Below, piece by piece: positions 24,883 through 39,596 of a stretch of 64,000 nucleotides of DNA. The stretch spans positions 1 to 64,000 of the forward strand of contig NW_021831824.1 of NCBI RefSeq assembly GCF_006345805.1, in the 5' to 3' direction. The position numbers and the translations under genes are program-made. The number at the start of each line of letters is the position of its first letter. The stretch's first letter is position 1. The notes beneath the pieces are model-generated. The model saw only the letters and a list, made by a program, of their open reading frames with translations. It made no database searches and was not told the DNA's origin. The DNA comes from Octopus sinensis (taxonomy: Eukaryota).

Positions 24883-25675
24883 TTAAATAGCTGACGGATT
24901 AAAATTACTTATCAGTGTATTTTGGCAATTTAAATAAGTGTTTTGACTGTTATTTCCAGCAGTTAGACATACCTAGTATGTCTTTTGATTAATTTTAATC
25001 CTTCAGCTATTTAATGCCTTTTGGGGGGGGGGCCTGCAATCGCCTATATTATTGATTCTATTATTATCACTTTTAAATTAATAATAAATCTCTGAACGAG
25101 ATATAAACAGTAACCGCTCGACAACGTAAGGGGTATCAGCCATCTGAATGTGGCTAGCCACTGGGGGGGGGGTGTTGCTGATGCTTTTAGCCCCAGGCGA
25201 TCAACGTCACCAGAAGGACTTTAGACACTATCTCAGTGTCCTTGTGTTGTTTGCAAAGGGAGGTCATCCTCCCTCGAAGACCCGAGTACTACATACGGAC
25301 TATAGTGTCAATGATATCTTCGTAAATTATTTGTTCGTGAATTATTTGCACCGTATTAAAATTATTTTCACACTGGTAGCTGCCATGATTTCGGCGCAAA
25401 ACGAACCAGTTGCAGCGCAGACTTCAACATGACGGGTTGGGGACTCTATCCGGGTAACGCGTGTTGAGGAAAGTGAGGCTATTATGCCAGTCCAGGAACA
25501 GGTGCGCGTGAGTCCAAATACTTGATTGTATGCTGAGAGATTGTCTTAGCTCGTTTGCCTTCAGGCGGTTGATTTTTGTAGTTATTATCAGTGCATTTGG
25601 CGATTTAAATAAGAGTTTTGACTGTTATTTCCAGCAGGTAGACATTCTTAGTATGTCCTTTGAATAATTTTAAGA
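24883..25675 (+). mobile_element. putative Penelope-like partial tandem (family P4) with inverted 5' end
   Basis: ttaaatagctgacggattaaaatt (24883) is inverted at ~24991-25014. The ~90-bp block at 24910-25000 is directly repeated at 25586-25672. Ends at TA-rich repeats. Confidence 0.45.
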
Positions 25676-25823
25676 TATATATACATATAAATATATATAT
25701 ATATATATGAATTTACATACATATATAATGTATGTATATATAAATATGTATCAATATATGTATATGTGGATATATATTATTTATACACACGCGTATTCAT
25801 ATACATATACATTCATATATATA

Positions 25824-25855
<32 letters not shown>

Positions 25856-25911
25856 CGTACATACATACATAGACAGACAGACAGATAGATAGATAGATAG
25901 ATAGACAGACA

Positions 25912-25949
<38 letters not shown>

Positions 25950-26031
25950 GGAATACGACCGTTAATATGGCAGCCCAATAATGCATTTGGATCTCTACAT
26001 AGCTACGTATGTGTGTTTGTGTATGTGTCTG

Positions 26032-26063
<32 letters not shown>

Positions 26064-26199
26064 GTATGCATGTGTGTGTGTGTGTCTGTCTGTTAGTGTA
26101 TGTGGTGGTGGTGGTGGGTGTTTCAATGTGTGTCCCTTTGTGTGTGTCTCTGTCTTTCTAAATAAAGTCGTCTTTCAAATTCCGCCCGAAAATCTTTCC

Positions 26200-26700
26200 C
26201 ATCACTCACCACCACCAACACCACCACCACTACAATCAGGACCATCGTCACCATCGTCATTATCCACCACCACCACCACCACCACCACCACCGCCACCCC
26301 CATCGTCACCTCTCCCTCAGCCTCTGGTTTATCTATTCCCTTTCATTGTTATTCTAATTCTTAATGTTTATTTTATCATTCCATCTCTTTATTTTTCTTT
26401 TCTCACCCACCATCACAAATACCACCACCGCTAGCGCCACCACCACCGCCACCGCCACCACCACTACCGACAGCAGCAACAACAACAACAACAACAAGGC
26501 TAATATAACAAATACCGTCATCCATAGCATCGCCTTCAAAAACTACCACCGCAACAATCACCTCCATCACCACCAAAACTACCGCCAATACTAACATCCT
26601 CAGCAGTATTATCTCAATCTCGATCCACCTCCGCCGCCGCCGCCACTACAGTGAGCATACCTCCCACCGCCACCACCAGTCCCATTAACATCACAACTAC
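26200..26700. repeat. degenerate (CAC/CAA/CCG)n low-complexity tract
   Basis: Runs of caccaccac, caacaacaa and gccgccgcc. Confidence 0.85.
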
Positions 26701-26968
26701 ACATGATGTTCTATTTAAAAAGAAAACAAAAATACTGCGCCACGTGTAGGGAAATTCGATCCCGTGACCTTTATTACCACTGGTAGACTCCATAATAGAA
26801 CTAAACTTTGCCTCATTGCAAATAACTAAATGCGACCCCGACCGAAACACCTCATAGCACCGACATTTGGTGTCGTATGTCTTTATAAAAACAACCACTT
26901 CTACTGAAGTCAGAAACTAGCAAAAATGGAATTTAAACAAAATAATTCCAACAACAACAATGATGATG

Positions 26969-27004
<36 letters not shown>

Positions 27005-27006
<2 letters not shown>

Positions 27007-27195
27007 CCTTTCTATTATAGGGTTCAAGGCCTGAAATTTTGTTGGTGTTGTGGCTAGTCGCTTACATCTGACTCTACTGGTACTTATTTTATTGACCCCC
27101 GAAGTATGAAAGGAAAAGTCAACCTCGGCGAAATTTGAACTCAGAACATAGAGATGAACAAGCATGTTGTCCGATGAGGTAACGATTCTACCATC
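27005..27195 (-). mobile_element. SINE family A (degenerate)
   Basis: aaagtcaacctcggcgaaatttgaactcagaac. Confidence 0.75.
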
Positions 27196-29304
27196 ATACC
27201 AACTAAAACAGCATTGCGTACAGAGCATCCATTTTGCTAGTGAAGTTGAAAGTAATGGTGCCAGGCCGTCCAAGAAACATCCCCAGGCTCTTACGAGTAT
27301 TACCGAGTACTACAATGTATTACCGGGTTTTCTACTTCTCCCCACCACCTTTTTTTTTTGCAGGTAAAAATGGCCTTCCTGGAAAAGAGTGCCATTTTAC
27401 AATTTTTTCTATCGAAGAGAAAAAAAAACGCGTTTCCGAGTTAAAGGCCACTTTTTAACTATTTGAAACTTCTTGATAGTCATATTTCTGAATCCTAAAG
27501 CCAGAGCTCTCTTTTCATTCAGAAAAACATCGATCAATGAGAGTAAAACAAATGGTGCATCTACCTATGACTTTGGGATACAAAACACGAAGCCAAGATG
27601 ACGACAGAAATTTTCTCACCGTTGTTTGTGACGTACTTTTTTTCCATCAGCAAAAAATAGCAATGCGACAAAGATAACCTTGAATCGTTAGCACAGCTAC
27701 TAACTAATAATATTCAAGGCTACTCTAGAATTTGGATACCATTTAGACATGCATTGCTATTGAGGTGTTTCCCCGCATCAAACACTCCTTCCTTAAGTCC
27801 TTACAGCAATCCTGAGATCAAGGTGTAATTGCTAATATCAAGACCGGATAACTTCGGCATATTTATAAACAACCAGTTGAATAAACAGCCAGCCAAGATA
27901 AATAATCTCTCGGGAACTTTAGGAAAACCTATTGTACCTAAAGGGGTTATAGGTATTTCAAAACAGATTAGGACGGGTTTGGACGAAGCTAAGACCAGAG
28001 AGAAACCGGGGTTGATTTTCGGGAATTTAACGAAAAGATGGTGCAATCCATCAGAAATGATATTATTGAATTGGATAATGAAGAGAAAATACAAAATGCC
28101 AATGTAAAAGTTTTTGAGGAATCAATAAAGTTTTTATGTTAAGAGTTTATTTATTGAAAACACTGAAGGAGTAAGAAGAGCAATGCATCCGAAATGCGCC
28201 TAAGTACCTTAGCGTAGAGTATCAAAACAACAGAATGGATTCTTACTACTAAATTCCTAAGTAAAATTAGCTTACTGGTAATTTTATGGTGCTGTAGAAA
28301 TATGTATCGATAGAATTGAGCTTCTGGTTGATCCAGGAATGATAAGCTCTCTTACAGGAGCAGATACAAATTATATTATGTCCCAGAAATTTACGCAGGG
28401 TCAAGATTCACCAACTAAGGGCGGCACACCAAAACCCAAGTAGAATCGAGGGGAGAGATGGCCCAACAGGACTTTCTGCTACATATATCAGATTACAGAG
28501 CTACGGAAATTTTGGACACGTTTACTGACAATTATTCTTTATTAGGAAAGAGATGTGTTGTAGACATGATGTACTGTCAACGACAACTACTTTCTGATAA
28601 ATGTCTCAAATCAGACAACATTTGTCAAACAACCAATGGGGGAGAGAGAAAAACATCATCGCCCCAAACATAATCTGTTATGGCTGGCCTTTTCAACTGA
28701 ATTAACGCTAAGTAATTCACCTGATTAAGTTTAACTAGTTTCATAATTTTATCATAATATTATATCAACATGGTTTCTAATTTTATCTTAACATCAGAAC
28801 AGAGAGTATCACAAGCTCTCTAGAGTTACAGTGCTTCGTGTGAAAGCGATTCTTTGAAATATTTAACCATTTAGTAATGTCTGTCATTGTTCTCTATTTA
28901 AGTTAACAACTTTGTTACAAATAGCTTACTGATTTATGTTATCTTTAATGCTTAGCATTTCTTGCTTCGTCTTCAACTTTTTTCTTTACATTCGTAATCA
29001 GAGCACACAACGAAGTAATACAACTTATTCATATACGTGAATAATGTGGACGTCTGAATGTATGCATGTATGTATGTATGTATGTATGTATGTATGTATG
29101 TATGTATGTATGTATGTATGTATGTATGTATGTATGTATGTATGTATGTATATATATGCATCATCTCTTTTCTACTGCACAGAACTTGGAAGTTGACGGG
29201 CGTTCTGATTTAGTGGTTGATATCATAGCTTATGAATTTTCCAGCGATGTATAGTTGCACATATATATATATATATATATATAATATATATATATATATG
29301 CAAC

Positions 29305-29530
29305 TTTTACTTGTTTCAGTCATTTTTTTAAAAAACCCTGGTACTTATTCTCTCGGTCTCTTTTTGCCGAACCGCTAAGTTGCGGGGCACGTGAACACAC
29401 CAAGACTGCTTGTCAAACGGTGACGTGGGGGAGAAACAGACACAGATATAAAGACACCATGCAGTGGGACTGAACCTGGAAGCATATGGGTCGGAAACAT
29501 GCTTCTTACCACACAGCCAATCCTGCGCCT
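29305..29530 (-). mobile_element. SINE family B, internally deleted
   Basis: Has both tail (tacttgtttcagtcatt) and head (cttaccacacagcc..tcctgcgcc). Confidence 0.8.
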
Positions 29531-29660
29531 ATATATATATATATATATATAACACATATGTACATATATATATATACTATATTATGTCGTATTATATTAT
29601 ATGCATATATATGCACACATGTGTGTATATATGTATAATACTCTATTTTATATATCTCCA

Positions 29661-29718
<58 letters not shown>

Positions 29719-29870
29719 GTGTGTGTGTGTGTCCGTATGTGTGTGAACATGCGCGTCTGCGCGCTCTGCCTTTCATTTCGTTGCTGTGACAGGTTGTAAA
29801 GATATCTTGCTTTATGTTATATCTTCTCATCCTTCTGTTCCCTTTCAAACTTTAAATCGTCTCGCCTTTC

Positions 29871-29908
<38 letters not shown>

Positions 29909-30374
29909 ACACACACACACACACACCACACACACACACACACACACAAACACACAAACACACACACACGTTACACAAACAAAACCACACATACTCACAC
30001 ATATTCATACAAGGAGAGCACACGGTAGGCGGTTGTTGGTACCGGCTGAAGGAGGGTCTCGTCTATTCAAATATGTAGCCACAAATTAGATATAACAATG
30101 ACAGATAGTCGAAGCAGAACGTCCCTTTCTTAATCATCAGATCACAACGGATATATTGTCAGCTTAAGTAGAGACAATTTCACGCTCTATACAGCTACTG
30201 TTTCCATATTGCGAGTCACTAGAAAAGAAAAACGCTACGACGTAAACATGTCATGTGACAAGCAAAAGCAATAAGCAGACGTGCACAAACACACACACAC
30301 ATACATCATTCAGTTCAGGCAGGCTAACACATACGAGGGGCTGTGATGATATATGTATGCGTATATGTATATAT

Positions 30375-30413
<39 letters not shown>

Positions 30414-30696
30414 TTTGTGTACATATACAGTATATATATAAACATGGGCATATATGTATAAGCACATATGTATATACATATACATACGTATATACATATA
30501 TATATAATACATATATCTATCTATCTATGTATATATATATGTGTGTGTGTATGTATGTATGTGCATATATATATATATATTATATATATATATATAATAT
30601 ATATATATATACATATATATACACATATATAATATATATATACATATGTATATGTATGTACGTACATCTATATGTATATATATATATATATGTGTG

Positions 30697-30741
<45 letters not shown>

Positions 30742-31316
30742 ATATGTGGGTACGGGACGTCACGAAACGTGTACAACAAAAATATGAAGTACGAGTTCAT
30801 GGAATATCAACAATTTTTTCGAACAACGATAGACACAAATGGAAGACAACACAAACAACATAAAGAACGACCCTTCATCAGTTGTTGGCTGTTTTTTTAC
30901 CCTCATATTTCGAGCATTTAACAACAATTTACGCTTTCGATAAAGCAGTTGTTCCCGCAAAGCAACTTAAATAAAATTTGGGATTTTGCGGAGGGTTAAA
31001 TTTGGTAACACAAACAGGACAGTGAAAGCAAACAGGAAGGGATGTTAAGCCTAAACGAGGTGGTGAACGCGTAAATCAAGCTTGGACAGGAGACAGACAA
31101 GAACACGTCTTCATTGATCCAGCTACAACGGGAAGAAAGAAACACAAGTTAGAAGAAAGATGGCTGATGATCACGTTGGAGCCACGTGAGCAAGGTTGTA
31201 AAGAGCGAGTGGAACAAACACATAAACAAAGACACACACAAGATCACATGCTCACACACACGCACAGACACATACAGGTATATGTACGTTCATGTGTGCA
31301 CTTTTGTACTAATATA

Positions 31317-31476
31317 GGCGCAGGACTGGCTGTGTGGTAAGAAGTTTGCTTCTCAACCAGATGGTTCTGGGTTCAGTCCCACTGCATTGCACCTTGAGAA
31401 GTGTTTTCTGCTATAGGTTCCAGATTAGGAAAAACTTATGATTTGGATTGGAAGAGGGAAACTGAAGAAAACTCGT

Positions 31477-31480
<4 letters not shown>
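31317..31480 (+). mobile_element. SINE family B 5' half
   Basis: ggcgcaggactggctgtgtggtaagaag...ggaaactgaagaaaactcgtcg. Confidence 0.85.
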
Positions 31481-31561
<81 letters not shown>

Positions 31562-31810
31562 GTGACTGTGTGTGTGTGTGTGTATTCTGAATGATTGATA
31601 CGGAAGACAGTTTCCTAAGTACTCTGTCTTCCGTGTCAATAATTTTGAATATGCTCAACTTGCATCTAGTAATTCCTAATGTAGATCCAGCGACGAATAT
31701 GCATTTACTGTGGATGACGCAAGGGAACCATATGAGGTAAACGTATTCTGCCGGCACACTACTAGCGACATACCCAAAATACCGTGTGGATGCTAAATTT
31801 TAAATTTCAA

Positions 31811-32010
31811 GAGATGTATTTGCATAGCAAGTGACTTGACCTGAGAGCGTATGCTGAAACAAAAACAATAGCAGTGTGGAAAATGTCTGTAAGCCATTTA
31901 AAAACACACAAAAACCGTTAGATTCACTTCAACATTTAAATTTAATTTGTCAAAATATTTTCGGCGCTTTGAAACCGCGACCTGTTCACTGACAAAATTC
32001 CGTGCTGCAT
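31811..32010 (-). mobile_element. Penelope-like terminal fragment family P3
   Basis: Reverse complement of 7017-7211. Confidence 0.6.
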
Positions 32011-32299
32011 TTTGTACATTTAAAGTACCAGTAATGATAAGGTTGTTGACTGGGAGAACACAAACATGGTTTAAATAGTAAGCTTGGCAGGAAAGAAACG
32101 TGACTTTAAGCAGTACAAAAACAACAAAAAATGGAAGGTGCAGTTATGTACAGGTTGACGGAAGAAAAGCAGGACGAAAACGGCTTTATCGATCGCATTC
32201 TCACCTGGAATCGATTTTTGTAATTTTTTCAAGACTTATACACGCCCTAATACCGTCAGTATCTACATATTAAATTTGAGCGCAATCGGGTGGAGGATG

Positions 32300-32497
32300 C
32301 CCGAGATCCTAGAAAACTCACACACAGACAGACTGAACGGATTTTATATAAGAGGTATTCCCCTCTCAGAATCAGATACTTGTTGCAGTGGTCCTTCAGT
32401 TTTTCTAAGCTCTGTAAAAGAACATCGGAAGGTTGGGTCTTCAGCCAAGCTTTTTGCGATGCCCTTAGAACCAGGAATTCTTTAGTACTCCCCCATT
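32300..32497 (-). mobile_element. mariner-derived short element (transposase C-terminus)
   Basis: AWLKTQPSDVLLQSLEKLKDHCNKYLILRGEY resembles mariner WLxxQPxxFFxxGIxKLxxRWxKCIxxxGDY. Confidence 0.65.
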
Positions 32498-33263
32498 TGC
32501 ATGCATGTATGTATGTATGTATGTATGTATGTATGTATGTATGTATGTATGTATGCATGCGTGCATGCATGTATGTATGTATGTATGTATGTGTGTGTAT
32601 GTATGTATGTATGTGTGTATGTATGTATGTGTGTGTATGTATGTATGTGTGTATGTATGTATGTATGTGTGTATGTATGTGTGTATGTATGTGTGTATGT
32701 ATGTGTGTATGTATGTATGTGTATGTATGTATGTATGTATGTATGTATGTATGTATGTATGTGTGTGTATATATATATAGAGAGAGAGGGAGAGAGAGAG
32801 ACGGAGAGTAAGATACAGACAGACAGATAAAAGCAGATAGACAGACAGACAGACAGATAAAAGCAGATAGACAGACAGACAGACAGAAACAGATAGACAG
32901 ACAGACTGCAGCAGGTAGCCAGCCAATAAACGAACGAACCGTCTGCCAGTCAGACAGATAGAGCCATCGATCCACATCTATCAAGATGTACACAAATACA
33001 AAAATAAAAATGTGTGGGTGCCTGGTTGTAGAAAAGAACAAAAATAATGAATATTTTACAAAAAACATATACAAACGAAATATTTAATATTTATTTACGC
33101 GGTGTTTAATAGAAACACATATATATATACACAAAACACATGCAGCCACTTGCAGTCACTGAGTTAATCAAACGCACCCATGCATTCACACCGACTTTCT
33201 AACATATATATACACACGTACAAATCGAAAAACTCAGATAAACAAGATATATGTATATATATA

Positions 33264-33551
33264 TATCTATACAATAATATGTTACATTACTCGATAGTCA
33301 AGATAAAACTCTGAGTTTCAGATGCTGAAGTGGGAATCCACGACATCTCTTCGGTTATCTGGCTATTTGAAAACTATTTTCAAATAGCCAGATAACCGAA
33401 GAGATGTCGTGGATTCCCACTTCGGCATCTGAAACTCAGAGTTTTATCTTGACTATCGAGTAATGTAACATATTATTGTATAGATAAATTTCCTCTATTT
33501 ACATAATATTGAGGTCTCTTTCTTTCTTTTGTTATCTTACCGTTTTACCAA
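33264..33551 (+). mobile_element. near-perfect palindrome with 110-bp arms plus 65-bp tail in (TA)n; putative PLE inverted terminus
   Basis: Arms 33264-33373 and 33377-33486, 3-nt loop (cta), one mismatch by eye. Confidence 0.7.
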
Positions 33552-33794
33552 TATATATATATACATACATACATATAATATGCTTATGTGAGATTGTATA
33601 TTATATACTAATATCAACCTACATATATAATATATATATATATATATATATAATACACACACACACACTCATTTAGATTGTTGACTTTTTCCATCCAAAA
33701 GGGATTTTCAACCCAATATTTAAAAGCTGTATTATTTATGGTTTTATATGTGCTTCGAGAACTACTATTCCCAATACTATATATAGTCGATACA

Positions 33795-33850
<56 letters not shown>

Positions 33851-33991
33851 AGCATGGCCGCAGTCGAATGACAAACAAATAAATGAATAAAAGAAAAATT
33901 ATGTTCTTTTATACACACAACACACACACACATATACATATAAATATATACATATATTATATATACACAATATATACATATGTTTATACAC

Positions 33992-34080
<89 letters not shown>

Positions 34081-34484
34081 CACATGCATATATTCACACT
34101 CATTCATGCTACGTGTGTGTGTGTCTGTGCGTATGGTTGTGTAGTATTTGCAATCAAATTGACTTCAAAGAGGGACTGAGTGTGTGTAAGTGAAGTGTAC
34201 AGTAAACTCACAGCTGTAAGACATGACTAATAGATGTATGACATATGTACGTTGGCACTCGCACCTCTACTTTGTTGACAGTGTAAAACAGCATTCCTTC
34301 TTATTGAAAATAGATGTATTTACACATACCTGGTGTTGGTTGAATGACAAACAGTTGAACATTTATGAAGGGGTAACGCTACTACTATTTCTCATCCTCA
34401 CCAAAAAACGTATATCTACAAAAACGTACACATATATATATATTCATGCATACATATATGTATGTACGTATCTCTCTCTCTTTC

Positions 34485-34891
34485 TCTTTACTAGTTTCAG
34501 TCATTTGACTGCGGCCATGCTAGAGCACCGCCTTTAGTCGAGCAACTCGACCCCGGGACTTATTCTTATTGTAAGCTCAGTACTTATTCTATCGGTCTCT
34601 TTTTGCTGAACCGCTAAGTGACGGGGACATAAACACACCAGCATCGATTGTCAAGCAATGCTAGGGGGACAAACACAGGCACACAAACATATATACACAC
34701 ACATACATATACATATATACATATATACGACGGGCTTCTTTCTGTTTCCGTCTACCAAATCCACTCACAAGGCTTTGGTCGGCCCTGAGGCTATAGTAGA
34801 AGACACTTGCCCAAGGTGCCACGAAGTGGAACTGAATCCGGAACCATGTGGTTGGTAAACAAGCTACTTACCACACAGCCATTCCTGCGCC
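34485..34891 (-). mobile_element. full-length SINE family B
   Basis: Very similar to 4655-5051, including the internal CA/TA microsatellite. Confidence 0.9.
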
Positions 34892-34921
34892 AGTATGTAT
34901 ATATATATATATATGCGTGTG

Positions 34922-34954
<33 letters not shown>

Positions 34955-34999
34955 AACATGGTACCATTAAAAACAAGGCAAGTTTTAGCCACTTCTCCG

Positions 35000-35560
35000 C
35001 AGACTGAAAAAAAAATGATGCATAACCTTTATTGATTTTCGAATCTTATTGGGTTCTCATTAGAGGCTCCTATATCTTCCTAACAATCTCTGGATAACCA
35101 AGCAGCCTAGCTGTTTATATTCTCGACAAATGCAGCAGTTTACTCTTTAAAGGGGCCCCTAATTTGCATACCGAAAGTATTTCCCACTCTAGGGATTTCC
35201 CTGCGTTGCGTGAGTAATGCTTTCTTGAAATCGTCATCGTAACGCGGAATTTCATATCACAAAATGTGACTGGTTTCAGATGATAATAGGCCTTGAATTT
35301 AGCTATCACAGCTTGATCCATTGGCGGTTGCAGTGTCTAAAAGAAGCAACGTTTTGTTGTAAATATTGAGTTTGACACTTTACCTTTCTACAAACCAACT
35401 CATCGAGTAGGCTCTTACCCATCCATAGTTTCTGTCTTTGAACGCCAAAACAGACGTAGCTTAAACTTTGAATAACCAGTCAAAACCCTTGATTTTTCGG
35501 AGTGACACGTAATTAGAAGCTATTAGTGTTAAATATAAAAATACAAAGCTTTTAAAATTT
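35000..35560 (-). mobile_element. Tigger/pogo transposase DDE fragment
   Basis: LLLLD..PMDQAVIAKFKAYY resembles Tigger/CENP-B-like LLxLDN..QPMDQGVIxxFKAYY. Confidence 0.75.
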
Positions 35561-35974
35561 CAGTTTGACAAATCTTTCCACCCGTAAATACAATTATGAT
35601 TTACTGGTTACGCTTAAGAACGATAGTACTTAGTGGATCGTGAACGATGAGATCGGTGCTTGTGACTGATGAAGTGCAACCACGGTGAAATTCGTGTGTT
35701 AAAGTTACATGACGTCATTCATAGTCGAAACCGGTGTGTTCTTGCGTAGACAGTTTATGATGAGAATAGGTTTTGTGAGACAGTTTTACCAATGTTAATG
35801 TGTTTCTAAGTTTGAAGACGCACGAACTTATTAAATAGAAATTTTTACCCTCGTTTCTTAGTGTGTTTCATCAATGATCCTTCAAGGTTTGTTTCATCAA
35901 ATGCAGAATTTTTCTTCGAAGACATTCATTTTTTTTTAGTATTGTTGTCACATACATAATTTTTGTAAATAGAC

Positions 35975-36133
35975 CCAGGAATGGCTATGTTGTAAGAAGC
36001 TTGCTTCTCAACTACATGGTTCCGGGTTCAGTCCTACTTACGTGACACCTTGGGCAAGTGTCTTCTATTTATAGCCTCGAGCCGACTAAACTCTTGAGAG
36101 TGAATTTGGTAGCCGGAAACTGAAAGAATCCCG

Positions 36134-36200
<67 letters not shown>

Positions 36201-36250
36201 TGCATTTATGTATGTATTTGTGTGTCTGTGTTTGTCCCCTACCATCGGTT
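35975..36250 (+). mobile_element. SINE family B (3' truncated)
   Basis: ggttccgggttcagtcc...gacaccttgggcaagtgtcttct...ggaaactgaaagaatcccgtcg. Other fragments at 36925-37097 (-), 37700-37955 (+), 42750-42900 (-), 51085-51210 (-), 52155-52420 (-) and 56670-57095. Confidence 0.8.
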
Positions 36251-37853
36251 GAAAGAAAATAAAATTATTTTCAATATTTTATCATAATTATTTGATACAA
36301 ACGAATCTACAATTAACTCTTTTATTAAGTACTGAGTACATTAAATGAAAGCACATTATGGACTAAGTAAAAAAAGGGAATCACTTAATAATGCGAACCT
36401 TGTGTCTAACATCTATAGCACCTCGCTCCACCACAATTTTCCCAGCCCACCGGTGGGGCATATTCTCCACGCTGAGAATCACTGATCTGGAGAGTATCAA
36501 TCTGAACTGATTATCAAAGATATACTCTATAAAGTATGATGTATTGCAAGTTTTTGACCGTATTCAATACTTTCAGTACTACTGAAGAAAAATAGAACGA
36601 ATTTTGTATTGCATAACCTATAATCTTCTCATTCAAACGATCTTCCCCTAAGCAAAATTAGTATTTCTGTCTGAAAAACTGCGGTCTTATACATACATAC
36701 ACATGTGTGTGCGCGCAGTTGTGTGTGTGTACCTTTTCCAAACGAGGTATCTGTAATACCATACTGTTAAACTGGATTTATTTTTATCAAACTGAATCAT
36801 GTATAATCCATATCTTATTAACGACGTGTTTAAAATTCCCTAAAATCAATATAATATAATTTGTTTAAAATTATAAACTTGGCACCAGGAACAAAGTTCT
36901 CAGAGAGCACACAAAATACTATCTTTTATTCTTTTACTTGTTTCAGTCATTTGACTGCGGCCATGCTGGAGCACCGCCTTTAGTCGAGAAAATTGACCCC
37001 AAGACTTATTCTTTGAAAGCCTAGTACTTATTCTAACGTTCGCTTTTGCCGAACTGCTAATTTACAGGGACGTAAACAAACCACCATCGGTTGTCAAAAG
37101 GAATAAAACGAACATCAGATTTGTTCTTGAAATATTTCCTTTCCATGAGGTAACATGTGCATTAAGATGTCAATCATGTCAGATGATTTATGTTTGATCG
37201 ATTTGGAATTAGTAATAATAAGTGATTGACAGTTTTACAATTGTAAAAATACATATATTCATTCAATATTCATTCTATTTAGTATTTTCATCTTTGATAT
37301 ATGTAGCTTCCTTGATCAATTTAAATAACTTAAAATAATATGTATATATATACATGTATGCATACGCTCTGCTATTATTAAAGCAAAATATTTTGACTAA
37401 ATTATTTGTACATTTGACTTTAGTCAAAGTTACTCCACGTTTATCTCTGAAATATTCATTTGAAATACGTCAAGGATTAAACATTACCACCATCACCCAA
37501 ACAAAGAGTTAAGTTCAAAAGAAAGTAATACAATTAGTCAAGACACAATTATTTCAAGTCATACTCTTTGTATATTTGCACAAAAACATAAACTATATAT
37601 ATATCTATCAGTCTGTCTGTCTACCTATCTCTCCCTCCTCCTCTTCTCTCTCTCTTTCTCTTTCTCGCCTCTGTGCATATATATATATATTATACACATA
37701 GGCGCAGGAATGGCTGTGTAGTAAGAAGCTTGCTTCCCAACCACATGGTCCGGATTCAATCCAACTACGTAGCACCTTCGGTAAGTGTCTTTTACTCTAG
37801 CCTCACGCTATATAAATACTTGTGAGTAGAATTGAGAGTGAAAGAGGCCCGTC

Positions 37854-37901
<48 letters not shown>

Positions 37902-38161
37902 GTCGAATCGTTCGCCTAAAAACATTCAATCCAATGACTGAAACAAGTAAAAGATATCAAAAGATTCTATGTATGTATATAAAAATACATACATATACTT
38001 GCACACGCACACATACACACACACATTCACACGCGCATGCACATGGATTATTTTCGGGAGGAGATTGTGATTTGTGTGTGCGTGTGTATACAATTATATT
38101 GCAAGATACATTTATCAATATATACATACATAGTTATACGTATACTTGTGCATGGCATGAT

Positions 38162-38192
<31 letters not shown>

Positions 38193-38687
38193 TAGATAGA
38201 TAGGTACTACGTACGTACAAACATACATACATACATACATACGTACATACATACATACATACATACATACATACATACATACATACATACATACATACAT
38301 ACATACATACATACATACATACATACATACATACATACACACACACATACATGCGCGCAATTGCAAATATTGAATGACCGGAATTTGTGAGCCTAGTGAA
38401 ATCTGCAAACAACCAGTCATCATCGACGCTCATCAAATAGCGTACAGCCGACCTGGGAGGTCCTCTTGTAGTCTGGGTTATGTTACGAAGGGTATGGCGT
38501 ATTTTCTACTAAGGTCAGATTGATATATTGATATTTGGAACAGTCTTTGAGAATACTCAGTGAAATATTTACAATAAAATAGGCAAGAACTCTCTATGTC
38601 CGACTATAATTGGTGGTCAGTCACAGGCGAATAAATATATCAAGCGTATATGTATATATATATATAAACATGCATATATATATATGC

Positions 38688-38788
<101 letters not shown>

Positions 38789-38807
38789 GTATATGTATAT
38801 GTATATA

Positions 38808-39164
38808 TAAAATTGAATAAGGGTAGAAATTGATATTAATCAATTAAAACAAGTGGCCTAGCATATTAAAAAAATCCGAAGATTAAAATATTTTTTTTAC
38901 ATACAAAATTTAAAGGACTGACCACTAAAAGTGGACAGTCAATATGCTAGATATAGACGTCAAAATCGCTATTTTCCACGAAGAATGTGTTCTCAAGAAA
39001 AAAAGTCAACCAAAAACCAAAGTGTAAAAAATAAGCAAGACTTTGGTCTTTTGCTGAGTTTTTTCTTGAGAACACATTTTTCGTGGAAAATAGCGATTTT
39101 GACGTCTATATCTAGCATATTGACTGTCCACTTTTAGTGGTCAGTCCTTTAAATTTTGTATGTA
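38808..39164 (-). mobile_element. palindrome with ~125-bp arms plus 90-bp tail in (TA)n; putative PLE inverted terminus
   Basis: 38898-39023 is mirrored at 39040-39164 (tacatacaaaatttaaaggactgaccactaaaagtggacagtcaatatgctag...). Confidence 0.7.
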
Positions 39165-39552
39165 TATATATAATAGAAGACACTTGCCCAAAGTACCATG
39201 CAGTGGATTCAAACGTAGTTTCAAAACCTTGCTTACTTTTAACTCAGCCGGATATATATTAATATTTAAATAGGTGATCGTTCAACAACTGGGGGTCATG
39301 AGGAGTTGAAGTGTGTGTGTTTATGCGTGTGTGTGTGTACCACAGAAGAATAAAATGGAATGATTAGGACAAGAAGGAACACATGGGAGGAAGAGTCACT
39401 GATGAAGTCACAGGATGTGTGACGAAAGAACTTTGACAGACGTGTAAGGTAAAAATAATACGAATAAGAACTAAAGTGAAGATCAAATAAATAATGCGTG
39501 TTTAATTGGTAACAAAATTAGCATCCCGAAGTTTAATAATATATACACATAT

Positions 39553-39596
<44 letters not shown>

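Noticed and set aside
26200-26700. Pro/Thr/His-rich ORFs
   Set aside because: Trinucleotide low complexity open in several frames, with no domain or splice support.
30975-31000. Partial similarity to miR-193 (gcaaaatcccaa on the minus strand); also miR-10-like taccctatagatc at ~43996
   Set aside because: Seed mismatch or short match only, and no hairpin partner.
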